Source: Squalus acanthias
Taxonomy: Eukaryota
Assembly (NCBI GenBank): GCA_030390025.1
Contig: JASTWF010000033.1
Coordinates: 1,366,001-1,430,000, forward strand
DNA: 64,000 nucleotides
Direction of reading: 5' to 3'
The notes below the pieces were generated by a model. The model did not search any database, was not told where the DNA came from, and saw only the letters and a program-made list of their open reading frames with translations. Shown here piece after piece: positions 1 through 12,114 of the stretch; within the stretch, counting starts at the first letter, position 1; each line of letters opens with the position of its first letter. The position numbers and the translations under genes are program-made.

Positions 1-2300
1 ATTGTGCCCTGTATACCCAAGTCCAAGTCATTAATATATATCAAGTAAAGCAGTGATCCTGGTACTGGCCCCTGGGGAACACCACTGCATACTTTCCTCC
101 AGTCTGAAAAACAACCGCTCACCACTACTCTCTGGGCCAGAAATTCGGCTCTCCGGCTTCCTGTGGGTGCAAGCATCGCGCGCATACTTACCTACCGTGC
201 CTGCCGTTGAGCTTTGGGCCCACGAGGAATTCGGGTCCTGGGCCTCCTGCAGCTTCCGGCGCGCAGTGCTCGCGTATTGCAGGGGCGCAGTTAGTTCGAA
301 GCGTCCCCTGGGATCACGTGGGCCATGCAGAGCCAATCCTAGCAGGGCATTTTCATTCATAGATTTCACAGGAAGACCTGTCAAATCTAAGAATAGAGAT
401 CGGCCGCTAAACCAGATTAAAACTTCAAATAAATTTAAAAAAATACATCACATTTTTAAAATAACTATAAATTACATAAATTAACTACTTTAAACAAAAG
501 TTTAAATTTTTGAAAAAATTAATTACACTTTTTAACGATGCTAAAAATAAACTTTCCTTTCTTTAAAGTATGTAAAAAAAGTAAACCTTTTGAAAAAATG
601 TTTAAATTGTAATTAATTAACCAATTACCTTGTTAAAAACAGGCCTTGCACCTCCTTTTTAAATGTGCAGTTTCTCCATACTTACCCTCACGGAGAAAGC
701 TGACATAAACGAAGTTTGCTGCATGCGCGCTGCCTCTCCCGCAGACGTGTTCGACTTCTGAACCCCTTCCTTCAGTGGAACGAAAGGTCCGATTTCCAGC
801 GCATGCGCAGTGCATGCGTGAAACCGGCACTTCAGGTGGCCTTACGGGTGAGTACACAGCGCGTACTCACCTGACAAAAGCCGAATTTCTGGCCCACTGT
901 TTCCTGTCACATTGCCAATTTCGTGCCATGCTGCCACTGTCCCTTTTATTCCATGGGCTTCAACTTTTCTGGCAATCCTATTATCTGGCACTTTATCAAA
1001 CGCCTTTTTGAAGTCCATGTACACCACATCAACCGCATTGCCCTCATCAACACTCTCTGTTACCTCATCAAAAAACTACTCAAGTTAGTTAAACATGATT
1101 TGCCTTTGACAAATCCGTGCAGGCTTTCCATAGTTATTCCACACTTGTCCAAGTGACTGTTCCTTATGTCCCGGATTATCGTTTCTAAAAGCTTCCCCAC
1201 TATCGGGGTTAAACTGGCTGGTCTGTGGTTGCTGGGTTTATCCTTCCAGCCTTTTTTTGAACAAGGGTGTAACATTTGCAATTCTCCTTTCCTCTGGCAT
1301 CACCCCTGTATATAAAGAGGATTGGAAGATTATGGCCAGTACCTCCGCAATTTCCACCATTACCTCCCTCAGTATCCTAGAATGCATCCCATCCCGTCCT
1401 GGTGACTTATCTACTTTAAGTTCTGCCAGCCATTCTACTACCTCCTCTTTACCTATTTTTATCCCATCCAGTATCTCATCTACCTCCTCTTTCATTAAGA
1501 CTTTGGCATCATTCCTTCCTTGGTAAAGACAGATGCAGAGTATTCATTTAGTACATCAGCCATGCCCTCTGTTTCCATGCATAGGTCTCCCTTTTGGTCC
1601 CTAAACGATCCCACCCCTCCTCTTACTACCCGTTTATTATTTATACGCATATATAAGACTTTTGGATTCCATTTTTTGTTAGCTGTCAGTCTATTCTCCT
1701 GCTCTCTTTTCCCCTCGTATTTCCTTTTTCACTTCAACTCTGAACTTTCTATATTCAGCCTGGTTCTCACTTGTATTCTCAACCAGACATCTGTCATACT
1801 CCCCCTTTTCCTCCTTCATCTTATTCTCCATCTCTTTCATCATCCAGGGAGCTCTGGCTTTTGTTGCCCTACCGTTCCCCTTGTGGGAAAGTACCTCGGC
1901 AGTACCCAAACCATCTCCTCTTTAAAGGCAGCCCCTTGTTCAATTACAGTTTTGCCTGCCAATCTTTGATTCCAAATTACCCAGGCGAGATCAGTTCTCA
2001 AACCACTGAAATTGGCCTTCCTCCAAATAAGTATTTGTACTCTAGATTGCTCCCTGTCCTTTTTTAATATCTAATCTAAACCTTATGATTCTATGATCAC
2101 TGTTCCCTAAATGTTCCCCTACAGAAATTGCTCCACTTGACCCACCTCATCCCCCAGAACCAGATTTAGCAATCTCCCCTTCCTCGTTGGGCCGGAAACA
2201 TACTAATCAAGAAAGTTCTCCTGAACACACTTCAGAAATTGGTTCCCTTCTCTGCCCTTTACACGATTTCTATCCCAGTATATATTAGGATATTTGAAGA
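1..2300 (-). mobile_element. Degenerate CR1 LINE ORF2 fragment (RT and part of upstream region), interrupted by the element at 134-895
   Basis: Frameshifted ORF pieces with CR1 motifs: VYMDFKKAFDKVP, HGFVKGKSCLTNL, DKSPGRDGMHSRILREV, KEEKGEY. The sequence rejoins across 134-895 (accactactctct|gtttcctgtcac). Confidence 0.9.
134..895. mobile_element. Non-autonomous PIF/Harbinger-type element (MITE-like), 762 bp
   Basis: 17-bp TIR GGGCCAGAAATTCGGCT at 134-150, with its reverse complement at 879-895. Flanks are TCT/ACT (3-bp TSD with 1 mismatch). GC-rich arms surround an AT-rich core. The right arm aligns with the left arm of the Harbinger at 11350. Confidence 0.85.
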
Positions 2301-2562
2301 CCTCTATTTCTGTCCTACATTTCTAATTGAAAAGTTACCGTGTACCTCTTTCTTCCCCTATTCTCTGTTTCCAAATAAATAGTCAATGTGTTCCGCTAAA
2401 TTTCCAAGTCCTCTATTTCTAATTAAACAGTTGTTGTGTTCCCCATAATGGTCCTGTCCGATATATCTAACTAAACAATTACCGTGTCTTCCTTACGCCC
2501 CCTATTCTCTGTTTCTAATTAAACAGTTACCGTGTTCCCCTTACTTCCCCTGTTCTCAGTTT
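2300..2562. repeat. Degenerate tandem repeat, ~45-bp unit, about 5-6 copies
   Basis: Recurring motif ctattctctgtttctaattaaacagttaccgtgttcccc, e.g. near 2322, 2416, 2467 and 2513. Confidence 0.6.
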
Positions 2563-4196
2563 CATAGAAACATAGAAACATAGAAGATATGAGCAGGAGT
2601 AGGCCATTCGGCCCCTCGAGCCTGTTCCGCCATTTAATGAGATCATGGCTGATCATCCAAACTCAGTACCCTGTACCTGCCTTCTCCCCATATCCCTTGA
2701 TTCCTTTAGCCTTAAGAAATATATCTAGCTCCTTCTTGAATATATTTAATGAATTGACTTCTACTACCTTCTGTGGTAGAGAATTCCACAGGTTCACCAC
2801 TCTCTGGAGGAAGAAATTCCTCCTCATCTCAGTCGTCATCCTCATCCCTTATCCTTAGTCTGTGACCCCTGGTTCTGGACTCCCCCGCCATCGGGAACAT
2901 CCTTCCTGCATCTAGTCTGTCTAGTCCTGTTAGAATTTTATAATTTTCAATGAGATCCCCTCTCATTCTCTAAACTCTAGCGAATATAAGCCTAATCGAC
3001 CCAATCTCACTTCATATGTCATTCCTGCCATCCCAGGTATCAGTCTGGTAAATCTTCGCTGCACTCCCTCCATGGCAAGAACATCCTTCCTCAGATAAGG
3101 GGACCAAAACTGCACACAATACTCAAGATGTGGTCTCACCAAGGCCCTATACAACTGCAGCAAGACATCCTTGTTTCTGTACTCGAATCGTCTCGCTATG
3201 AAGGCCATCATACCATTTGCCTTCTTAACCGCCTGCTGCACCTGCATGCTTTCCTTCAGCGACTGGTGCACAAGGACTCCCAGGTCTCGTTGCACTTCCC
3301 CTTTTCCCAATCTATTGCCGTTCAGATAATAATCTGCCTTCCTGTTTTTGCCACTGAAGTGGATAACCTCGCATTTATCCACATTATACTGCATTTGCCA
3401 TGCATCTGCCCAATAACCCAACCAGTCCAAATCATACTGGAGTTTCTCTGCATCCTCCTCACAGCACACACACACACACACAGCTTTATGTCGTCTACAA
3501 ACTTGGAGATATTACAGCTAGTTACCTCGTCTAGATCATTTATATATATTGTGAATAGCTGGGGTCCAAGCACCGATCCCTGCCGTACCCCACTAGTCAC
3601 TGCCTGCCACTCGGAAAAAGACTCGTTTATTCCAACTCTTTACTTCCTGTCTGGCAACCAGTTTTCTATCCAAGGCAGTACCTTACCCCCAATCCCATGT
3701 GCTTTAAATTTTCTTGCTAATCTCTTATGCGGGACCTTATCGAAAGCCTTCTGAAAGTCCAAATACACCACATCCACTGGTTCTCCCTTATCTATTCTAC
3801 CAGTTACATCCTCAAAACATTTCAGTAGATTAGTCAAGCATGATTTACCTTTTGTAATTCCATGTTGAATTTGTCCGATCCTGTCACTGTTTTCCAAGTG
3901 CTCTGCTATTACATCTTTTATAATGGACTCAAGCATTTTTCCCACGTACCGATGTCAGACTTACCGGTCTATAATTCCCCGTTTTCTCTCGACCATCTTT
4001 TTTAAATAGTGGGGTTACATTAGCTATCCTCCAATGCATGGGAACTGTTCCAGAGTCGATAGAATTTTGGAAGATGACCAGCAATGCATCTACTATTTCT
4101 TGGGCCACTTCCTCACATACCCTATGATTTAGATTATCAGGCCCTGGGGATTTATCGGCCTTCAATCCCATCAATTTCCCTAACACCGTTACCCTA
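2563..4196 (-). mobile_element. 5'-truncated CR1 LINE (RT C-terminal half, 3' UTR, tail), cut at 4197 by the retroviral LTR
   Basis: ORFs with YLDFQKAFDKVPH, QGSVLGPQLF, SKFVDD, RPHLEYCVQFWSP. (CATAGAAA)n tail at 2563-2585. Confidence 0.95.
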
Positions 4197-6151
4197 TGTA
4201 AGTGGTTTTTGATCCTAGCCCAATTTCTAGACGGACGGTTCGAATCGCCCCCGCCTTACGAAAGTTCTTTCCCGAGGAAGTGTTATTTAGAGTGTAAATG
4301 AAATAAGTCACGGACAGGAATGCTTCAGTGAAAAATCAAACTTATATGTATTTGGTCTACCATACACTGGCTAAAACATACACTACTAAACGAAATCATT
4401 GTCTCTGTGGAGAATAAAATCCAGGTTACAAACAACATACATACAGTACAAAACTGAGGACTCTCATTCCACCCCTACCAATGAATTACCCAGTCGCTTA
4501 AGGCCCTTCGCCTGGCTGAACCAAACAAAGCTCCCACCCCGGAATAGCCCAAAAGCTTCACTTCTGAGAAACTCTGAGCCCTCTGGTTACCGGCTTGGGA
4601 CACTCGAGACCATGCTTACCCCCACACACAGTCCGTCTCGATCGCTCCACTTAGCTGCTTCTTCCTCTGGTATTTAATGTTAGGTCGATCTTGTTGGGGC
4701 GAGAGCGAGACAGAGAGAGAGAGATATGGTGGGAAAGTATCTATCTTTATAGGAGTCTTGCTACCCCTATCTTTCCCGCCAATGTTTAAAATCCTTTTGT
4801 TTCTAAGCACTCCAGTGCTTAATCAGTGATGGGGTCATCCTCAGACCCATGTGTACTCCGTGTTTGTACTAATGGCCCTAAGTCTGGGACATAATTCGGT
4901 TTTTGTGTTAGGAAAAACTGGCTCCTCCCCGGCTGGCTAGGCCAGTGGGTTTATTGCTCTGCTTCTCTTCTGAGATGGAGGTGAGAAGTGCTTTTGCATA
5001 TTCTGGATGACTGACAGTTAGAACATAGAACATAGAACATAGAACAGTACAGCACAGTACAGGCCCTTCGGCCCTCGATGTTGTGCCGAGCATTGTCCGA
5101 GACCAAGATCAAGCTATCACACTCCCTATCACTCTGGTGTGCTCCATGTGCTTATCCAATAAGCGCTTGAAAGTTCCTAAAGTGTCCGACTCCACTATCA
5201 CAGCAGGCAGTCCATTCCACACCCCAACCACTCTCTGAGTAAAGAATCTACCTCGGACATCCCTTCTATATCTCCCCCCATGCACCTTATAGTTATGCCC
5301 CCTTGTAACAGCTGCCTCTACCCGAGGAAATAGTCTCTGAACATCCACTCTATCTATCCCCCTCATCATCTTATAAACCTCTATTAAGTCGCCTCTCATC
5401 CTCCTCCGCTCGAAAGAGAAAAGCCCCAACTCCCTCAATCTTTCCTCATAAGACCTCCCCCCCAAACCAGGCAGCATCCTGGTAAATCTCCTTTGCACTC
5501 TTTCCAATGCTTCTACGTCCTTCCTATAGTGAGGTGACCAGAACTGCACACAATATTCCAAATGTGGTCTCACCAACGTCCTGTACAGTTGCAGCATAAC
5601 CTCACGGTTCTTAAACTCAAACCCTCTGCTAATAAACGCTAACACACCATAGGCCTTCTTTACTGCTCTATCCACTTGAGTGGCAACCTTCAGAGATCTG
5701 TGGATATGAACCCCCAGATCCCTCTGCTCCTCCACCTTCCTCAGAACCCTGCCGTTGACCCTGTAATCCTTATTCAAATTTGCCCTACCAAAATGAATCA
5801 CCTCGCACTTATCAGGGTTAAATTCCATCTGCCATTTTTCGGCCCAGCTCTGCATCCTATCAATGTCTCTTTGCAGCCTACAACTGCCCTCCACCTCATC
5901 CACTACTCCACCAATCTTGGTGTCATCAGCAAATTTACTGATCCACCCTTCAGTCCCCTCCTCCAAGGGTTTAAGTTCTTTCGTCACAGCCAACTTCCAT
6001 GCGTTCTCTGGAGTTTTAACAAACCACTTTTTCACATATCTTCACAGGGTGATCCCATCACAGGGAAAATATCCTCAGAAAAATCCCATAATACCCACAA
6101 AATATTCTCGACTTAGTCCATTCTTCAAACAGAGACTTTGCGATCTCTTCA
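4197..6151 (-). repeat. 3' LTR of the provirus (~1.0 kb after removing the CR1 insert at ~5019-5966)
   Basis: On the minus strand it begins TG(AAG) directly after a purine tract and ends ...CTTACA. The terminal 64 nt are repeated at 20931. Candidate TATAAA near 4745-4750 and ATTAAA near 4673-4678 (minus). The 6151 boundary is inferred from the PPT only. Confidence 0.7.
5019..5966 (-). mobile_element. 5'-truncated CR1 LINE inserted in the LTR
   Basis: Uninterrupted RT C-terminal frame (ISKFADDTKIGG...RPHLEYCVQFWSP...FFTQRVV), 3' UTR and (AGAACAT)n tail. Confidence 0.95.
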
Positions 6152-6163
6152 GTCCCCCGTTTG
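6152..6163 (-). promoter_or_regulatory. Putative polypurine tract (PPT)
   Basis: Minus strand reads CAAACGGGGGAC|TGAAG, a G-run ending just before a TG, as at retroviral PPT/U3 junctions. Confidence 0.6.
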
Positions 6164-6424
6164 ATGTTTGTCTTTCCACAAAGTATCACTCGACGAGAGA
6201 GCAAAGGCCAAAGTCTCCCACAAGTGAAGCTGTTTCTCTGATTTTACATTTTAACCCCAGAGCTGTACCCCCTTACTGCGTGTCATAGTTCCCTTCTACT
6301 AAGTCAAAACATCAGCGAAACGGCTTCTGAACACATTCAAATGACTGGGTTCCAACTCCCACCGACAAACTTCAAGTCAAAATACAGAAAATTAATAAGA
6401 TCCACAGGAGGTACCCAGAAAGTC

Positions 6425-7668
6425 ACCGCACACATCACACAGTACAGCATTGACAGGTGGTAACACATTACAAAAATACAACAGCGCACATCACACAGTA
6501 CAGCATTGACACGTGGTAACACATTACAAAAATACAACAGCGCACATCACACAGTACAGCATTGACACTCGGTAACACATTACAAAAACACAACAGCGCA
6601 CATCACACAGAACAGCATTGACAGGTGGTAACACATTACAAAAATACAACCGCGCACATCACACAGAACAGCATTGACAGGTGGTAGCACATTACAAAAA
6701 TACAACAGCGCACATCACACAGTACAGCATTGACAGGTGGTAACACATTACAAAAATACAACAGCGCACATCGCACAGTACAGCATTGACAGGTGGTAAC
6801 ACATTACAAAGATACAACCGCGCACATCACACAGTACAGCATTGACAGGTGGTAACACATTACAAAAATACAACAGCGCTCATCACACAGTACAGCTTTG
6901 ACAGGTGGTAACACATTACAAAAATACAACAGCGCTCATCACACAGTACAGCTTTGACAGGTGGTAACACATTACAAAAATACAACAGCGAACATCACAC
7001 AGTACAGCATTGACAGGTGGTAACACATTACAAAAATACAACAGCGCACAGCATTGACAGGTGGTAACACATTACAAAAATACAACAGCGCACATCACAC
7101 AGTACAGCTTTGACAGGTGGTAACACATTACAAAAATACAACAGCGCACATCACACAGTACAGCATTGACAGGTGGTAACACATTACAAAAATACAACCG
7201 CGCACATCACACAGTACAGCATTGACAGGTGGTAATACATTACAAAAATACAACAGCGCACATCACACAGTACAGCATTGACAGGTGGTAACACATTACA
7301 AAAATACAACAGCGCTCATCACACAGTACAGCTTTGACAGGTGGTAACACATTACAAAAATACAACAGCGCTCATCACACAGTACAGCTTTGACAGGTGG
7401 TAACACATTACAAAAATACAACAGCCAACATCACACAGTACAGCATTGACAGGTGGTAACACATTACAAAAATACAACAGCGCACATCACACAGTACAGC
7501 TTTGACAGGTGGTAACACATTACAAAAATACAACAGCGCACATCACACAGTACAGCATTGACAGGTGGTAACACATTACAAAAATACAACAGCGCACATC
7601 ACACAGTACAGCATTGAAAGGTGGTAACACATTACAAAAATACAACAGCGCACATCGCACAATACAGA
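6425..7668. repeat. 56-bp tandem minisatellite (~22 copies) between env and the 3' LTR
   Basis: Unit acagcgcacatcacacagtacagcattgacaggtggtaacacattacaaaaataca; copies are nearly identical. Confidence 0.97.
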
Positions 7669-7749
7669 GTGTAAAGCTATAACCAGAATACTATACACTT
7701 GCTTACAGAACCTTGGTACATTACAAGTTTTTGCAGGGAGAAACCATCA

Positions 7750-9057
7750 TCAACATAAATCAATTACACCTTTCCGGATCGATCTAACACCCCTTGCCAC
7801 CGCGCTCGGAGCATCTGGCTCCATCACCTGCAGCTGGTGTAGAACAAGTAGCTTACAAGCAACAATTGTATGATAACTAATGCATGGGAACAGATGCGGA
7901 TCCAGGGAGGAATCTCTATACTCAGACCGATGTCCCACCATGGTGGTGAGACAATCCCCCTGATCTCCTCCCCCACTTCTACTGTCTTTTGCTCCAAAGT
8001 GTAAAAATGTTTCTGGGAGAGTTCAGCGGTCTTTATTAACTCAGTGAGATGTTCCGGCAGAAAAGGAATTTTTCCAGGTCCCTCTTCTCTGCCTCCCGGA
8101 CCCCACATTGTCCCCAACATTCAGACTATAAAGCTGTTCTTTCTCTACATTTCCATGGCCCAGTTCAAAAAAATCCTGAAACATCGCTTTTAACAAAGCT
8201 TCATAAAGCTTCTCCGTCTTCCTTGGACACCACACAGGCAGGTGGACTTCAGTCAGGTTCGGGATCACGGCTGCCACGGCGTAGAGCACGTTCTGAAACA
8301 ACACTTTGTCAGTCGGGATTAACACCAACCCATTCCCTGGACCCCTGGTGGTGGTGGGACACCCATCTACAGCCGTCTGTACCGTCGGGGCTCTGGACGC
8401 GGGCTTCCTGGTGTATGGGATGAGCTCTGTGACGTTGATGGTATTCGGGGGTATTGGGGTTACACAGGAGTACACACTCCGATCCCAACCGATCCCACCC
8501 CCGGCGTCCTGCCATCGCCTGCTAAACGCGATCAACACACCCGCTGGGCAGATCTTTTCCGACCCCCACATACTCACATATATCCCTTCCTCGGATTCCC
8601 ACCACTTATCCCAACACACATTTACTCCTCTCTGAGAACCCGTGATCGTCCGGTACGTGTCATTACTTAGTCTTTCACAGTCAGCTGTCTGGTCCCCAGT
8701 ATCCATGCTCTGTTTCCTGAGCCACCACCACCTTCCCAGTGGAATGTGTCCCCTACAGCTAAGGCACACCCGTTTACCCTCTGTTACCCTAACCCGGGAG
8801 GTGATAACCCCTATTCTCGGGCATGGGATGGATGCTTCACCATGGATGAACTTGTCATGGCTGGAATACCGGGTGGAATTTGACCCCAGCCATCCAGGCC
8901 ATCTTCCCTCGTGAAGATAGACGCTCGCCGCATCCTTCGAGCCACCTCCAGTGGGCACGGTCGGTCCGTCTCCGCCGGTGCAGCCGAAGATAACCGATTC
9001 CTCGGTGTCGCCCCCGTGACTCGTGCTGGCTTCAATCATGACGCTCAGGACTACCAT
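7750..9057 (-). pseudogene. env: env-like gene (class I fusion/F-like glycoprotein), internally deleted and frameshifted
   Basis: Splice acceptor tgtgtcttttcag| at 9088 and Kozak gccATGg at 9057. Hydrophobic N-terminus, Cys/Trp-rich ectodomain with NxT sites, and furin site RQRR at 8094-8083. A second frame then encodes a heptad-like stretch, PPWWD and the TM segment ALVIIQLLLVSYLFY. Confidence 0.8.
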
Positions 9058-9206
9058 GGCTGACTTAATTTTGTTCTTAGGCGTTCCCTGAAAAGACACA
9101 GAATGCAACGTTGTCCTTGGGTGATGCCTCACCTAACCAGACGCAGCTACACACGATTACATTTGGTATCCACAACATACATGTAAATCCAAACTATACA
9201 GACAAG

Positions 9207-10603
9207 CTAAGGCAACAGACAGGAGAGAAAGAAGTTATGTACAGCGCCACCCGTCTCCGGGTGGCCACACCAGGTCTCCTCGACCCTGAGCCTATTACGA
9301 CTCCGGCTTCCTTCGTTCAATGGTGTGTAAGGAGGCGTCCACGGCTCCCTCGACTGTGGTATCCTGGCACTCCTTCTCACTCCTGTCCCCACAGGCGGAA
9401 CGACTGGTCCCTCTGTTGGCTCCTCACAATCCCAGAGTATGGGCTGGAGACCCACACCTGTAGCGCAGCTCACCACTCCCTGCTGTTTCCTCCTCTTATC
9501 AGCTCTTTCCCCAGGGTTGAAAAGCTTGCACTGATTGATATGGAACCAGTTAGTGCGTCGAGGAATTTTGACCGCATATACCATCGGACTTGCCCTATCC
9601 ATGATAATGTACGGTCCCATGTATAGCGGTTCAAAAGTCCCTACCCTGGCGAAGTTTCTAACCATTATTTGATCTCCGACCTTCCACTCGTGTTGCCTCT
9701 GAGGCTCAAGCAATAAACGATTTCTACGATGTTGCTTCCCCATGTTACTGGCAGCCTGCCAATGGATCTGTCTGAGATGCTCAAACAAATTCTTAACAAA
9801 CCTGTCCCGGTTCACCTCTCTCAACTGACCTTCCGTGAGAACCGGGGCCAGTACATGGCTGGGCGTTCTCATGACCCTGCCAGTCACGAGCTCATGCGGG
9901 GAATACCCTGTGCTTCTAGACGGGCTGGCTCAGACCCCCATCAGAACTAACGGCAAAACCTCCGCCCATTTTCTAGGCGAGTCTCCCGTCTCCTTCCGTA
10001 ACCTTTCCTTGATGGTCCTATTCATCCGCTGCACAATCCCCGATGACTGCGTGTTGTGTGTGACGTTCCATTTACCCTCTATACCTAGCATCTTCAGAGT
10101 CGCCTGCATGACTGCCCCTGTGAAGTGACTCCCCTGATCGGACAGCACATACCGTGTCAGCCCCCACCTAGAGAACACTTCTCTCACAAGAATCCTTGCG
10201 GTCCACAAAGCTGTGGCTGTTCGGCATGGGAAGGCTTCCACCTATTTAGTGAACACATCCACCAGGAGCAGGCAGTACTTGTAACTCCCCTGCGCGGTGG
10301 GCAGCGGTCCGATATAATCGAACTGTATGGACTGCCATGGTCCCTCCACTCTCCTAGTGTGTCCCATGGATACCTTCCTTTTTTGGGGGTCAAGGTTGTT
10401 TGCAGCACACACCAAGCAATCCGCGCAGAAGTCGCGGACGTCCTCCCTCAGTTGCAGCCACCACCTGCCTGTTCCACCCGTTGCCAGGAGGTCTCCGGCC
10501 CGGGCTGCCCCGCTCCTGGACCCTCGTGGGCCAAATTAAGGAATTCTCTCCGGTGCTGCTGCGGAACTGCCCACTGTTCCCCTCTGAAAACCATCCCTTC
10601 CTT
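9207..10603 (-). pseudogene. pol: pol 3' part: integrase (HHCC remnant, DDE core, GPY/F module)
   Basis: FCADCLVC, EAFPCRTATA, VLSDQGSHFTG, QSSGIVQRMNRTIK, WKVGDQIMVRNF...YMGPY. Stops and frameshifts are present. Confidence 0.92.
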
Positions 10604-12114
10604 TAGAGTCATAGAGTTATACAGCACAGAAAGAGGCCCTTCGGCCCATCGTGTCCGCGCCGGCCATCAAGCCCTGTCTATTCTAATCCCATTTTCCAGC
10701 ACTTCGTTCGCAGCCTTGTATGCTATGGCGTTTCAAGTGCTCATCTAAATGCTTCTTTAATGTTGTGAAGGTTCCTGCCTCTACCCCCCTTTCAGGCAGT
10801 GAGTTCCAGATTCCAACCACCCTCTGGGTGAAAAAGTTTTTCCTCAAAGCCCCTCTAAACCTCCTGCCCCTTCCCTTGAAACTATGCCCCCTGGTTATTG
10901 ACCCCTCTACTAAGGGGAAAAGTTCCTTTCTATCTACCCTATCTATGCCCCTCATAATTGTGTACACCTCAATCAGGTCCCCGCTCAGCCTTCTCTGCTC
11001 TAATGAAAACAACCCCAGCCTGTCCAGTCTCTCTTCATAGCTGAAACGCTCCAGCCCAGGTAACATTCTGGTGAATCTCTTCTGCAGCCTCTCCAATGAA
11101 CTCACATCCTTCCTATAGTGTGGCGACCAGAACTGCACACAGTATTCCAGCTGTGGCCTAACTACCGTTTTGTACAGCTCCATCATAACCTCACTGCTCT
11201 TATATTCTATGCCTCGGCTAATGAAGGCAAGTTTCCCATATGCCGTTTTAACCACCTTATCAACCTGCCCTGCTGCCTTCCGGTATCTATGTGCATGCTC
11301 ACCAAGGACCCTCTGATCCTCTGTCCTTCCTCGGGTCCTAACATTCATTGGCCCAAAAATTCATCCTGGTGCGCGAGAGTACGCACTGCGTACACTCGCG
11401 TATTCCCTCTTCAATTGCCGGTTTTCTGCATGCACTACGCATGCGCTGAAAACCGGCACTTCATGTCTGGTCAGTTTCATGGATCTGCGAGTAATCGCGT
11501 GGGCTGGTGATTCTGCGCGTGCGTCGGAAAATTCATGTATTTTGTGAATGAGAGAAGTGTGTGTCAGCTCCGAGCAGTTACACATTTTAAAACCAGGAGC
11601 AGCAGCCATTTATACATTTGCCGAGATAAGTAGGAGGAAGAAATCCTTTTGGAGTGTGGCTACTGAGGTGAGTTTTTTAAATTTGAAAGACACAAAAGTT
11701 TTAAATGAAGTCTTATATAAGTTAAGAGTTTTAAAAAAAAAATTTTAAAACGGGTTTTGACCATTTGGAGTAGTATAGCAACTGTGGGTATGTACAAGGC
11801 ATATTTAGGTATCTATCTGTGAAAATGAAAGTTTAAAAATGAACTGTTTACGTTTCAAAAAGTTTTAAAGATGAAAATGAGTAAGTAAGTAAGTATGTAT
11901 GTATGTATGTATGAATTTATGAAAATGTTACAGGTTTGGAAAATCAGCTAGGGCCGTGTGGCGGGTAGATGTGTTCCCAAGCTGATAGCGCACGTGTCCC
12001 ACCATAGCCTGACCTGATTTTATAGCCACTCACTTAACTAAAGTTACTTTAACAACTATTTCCATTTTTTCATTACAACTTTCAGTTTGAGGAGGAAGCC
12101 TGTGTGAGAGAAAG

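Noticed and set aside
3128..3754. Antisense ORFs over CR1 and retroviral coding regions (many in the track)
   Set aside because: They are shadow frames of the recognised elements, with no independent motifs.
6425..7668. CRISPR-like array (also considered for 41140-49735 and 55253-64000)
   Set aside because: The units are head-to-tail with no unique spacers, there are no cas genes, and the context is eukaryotic.
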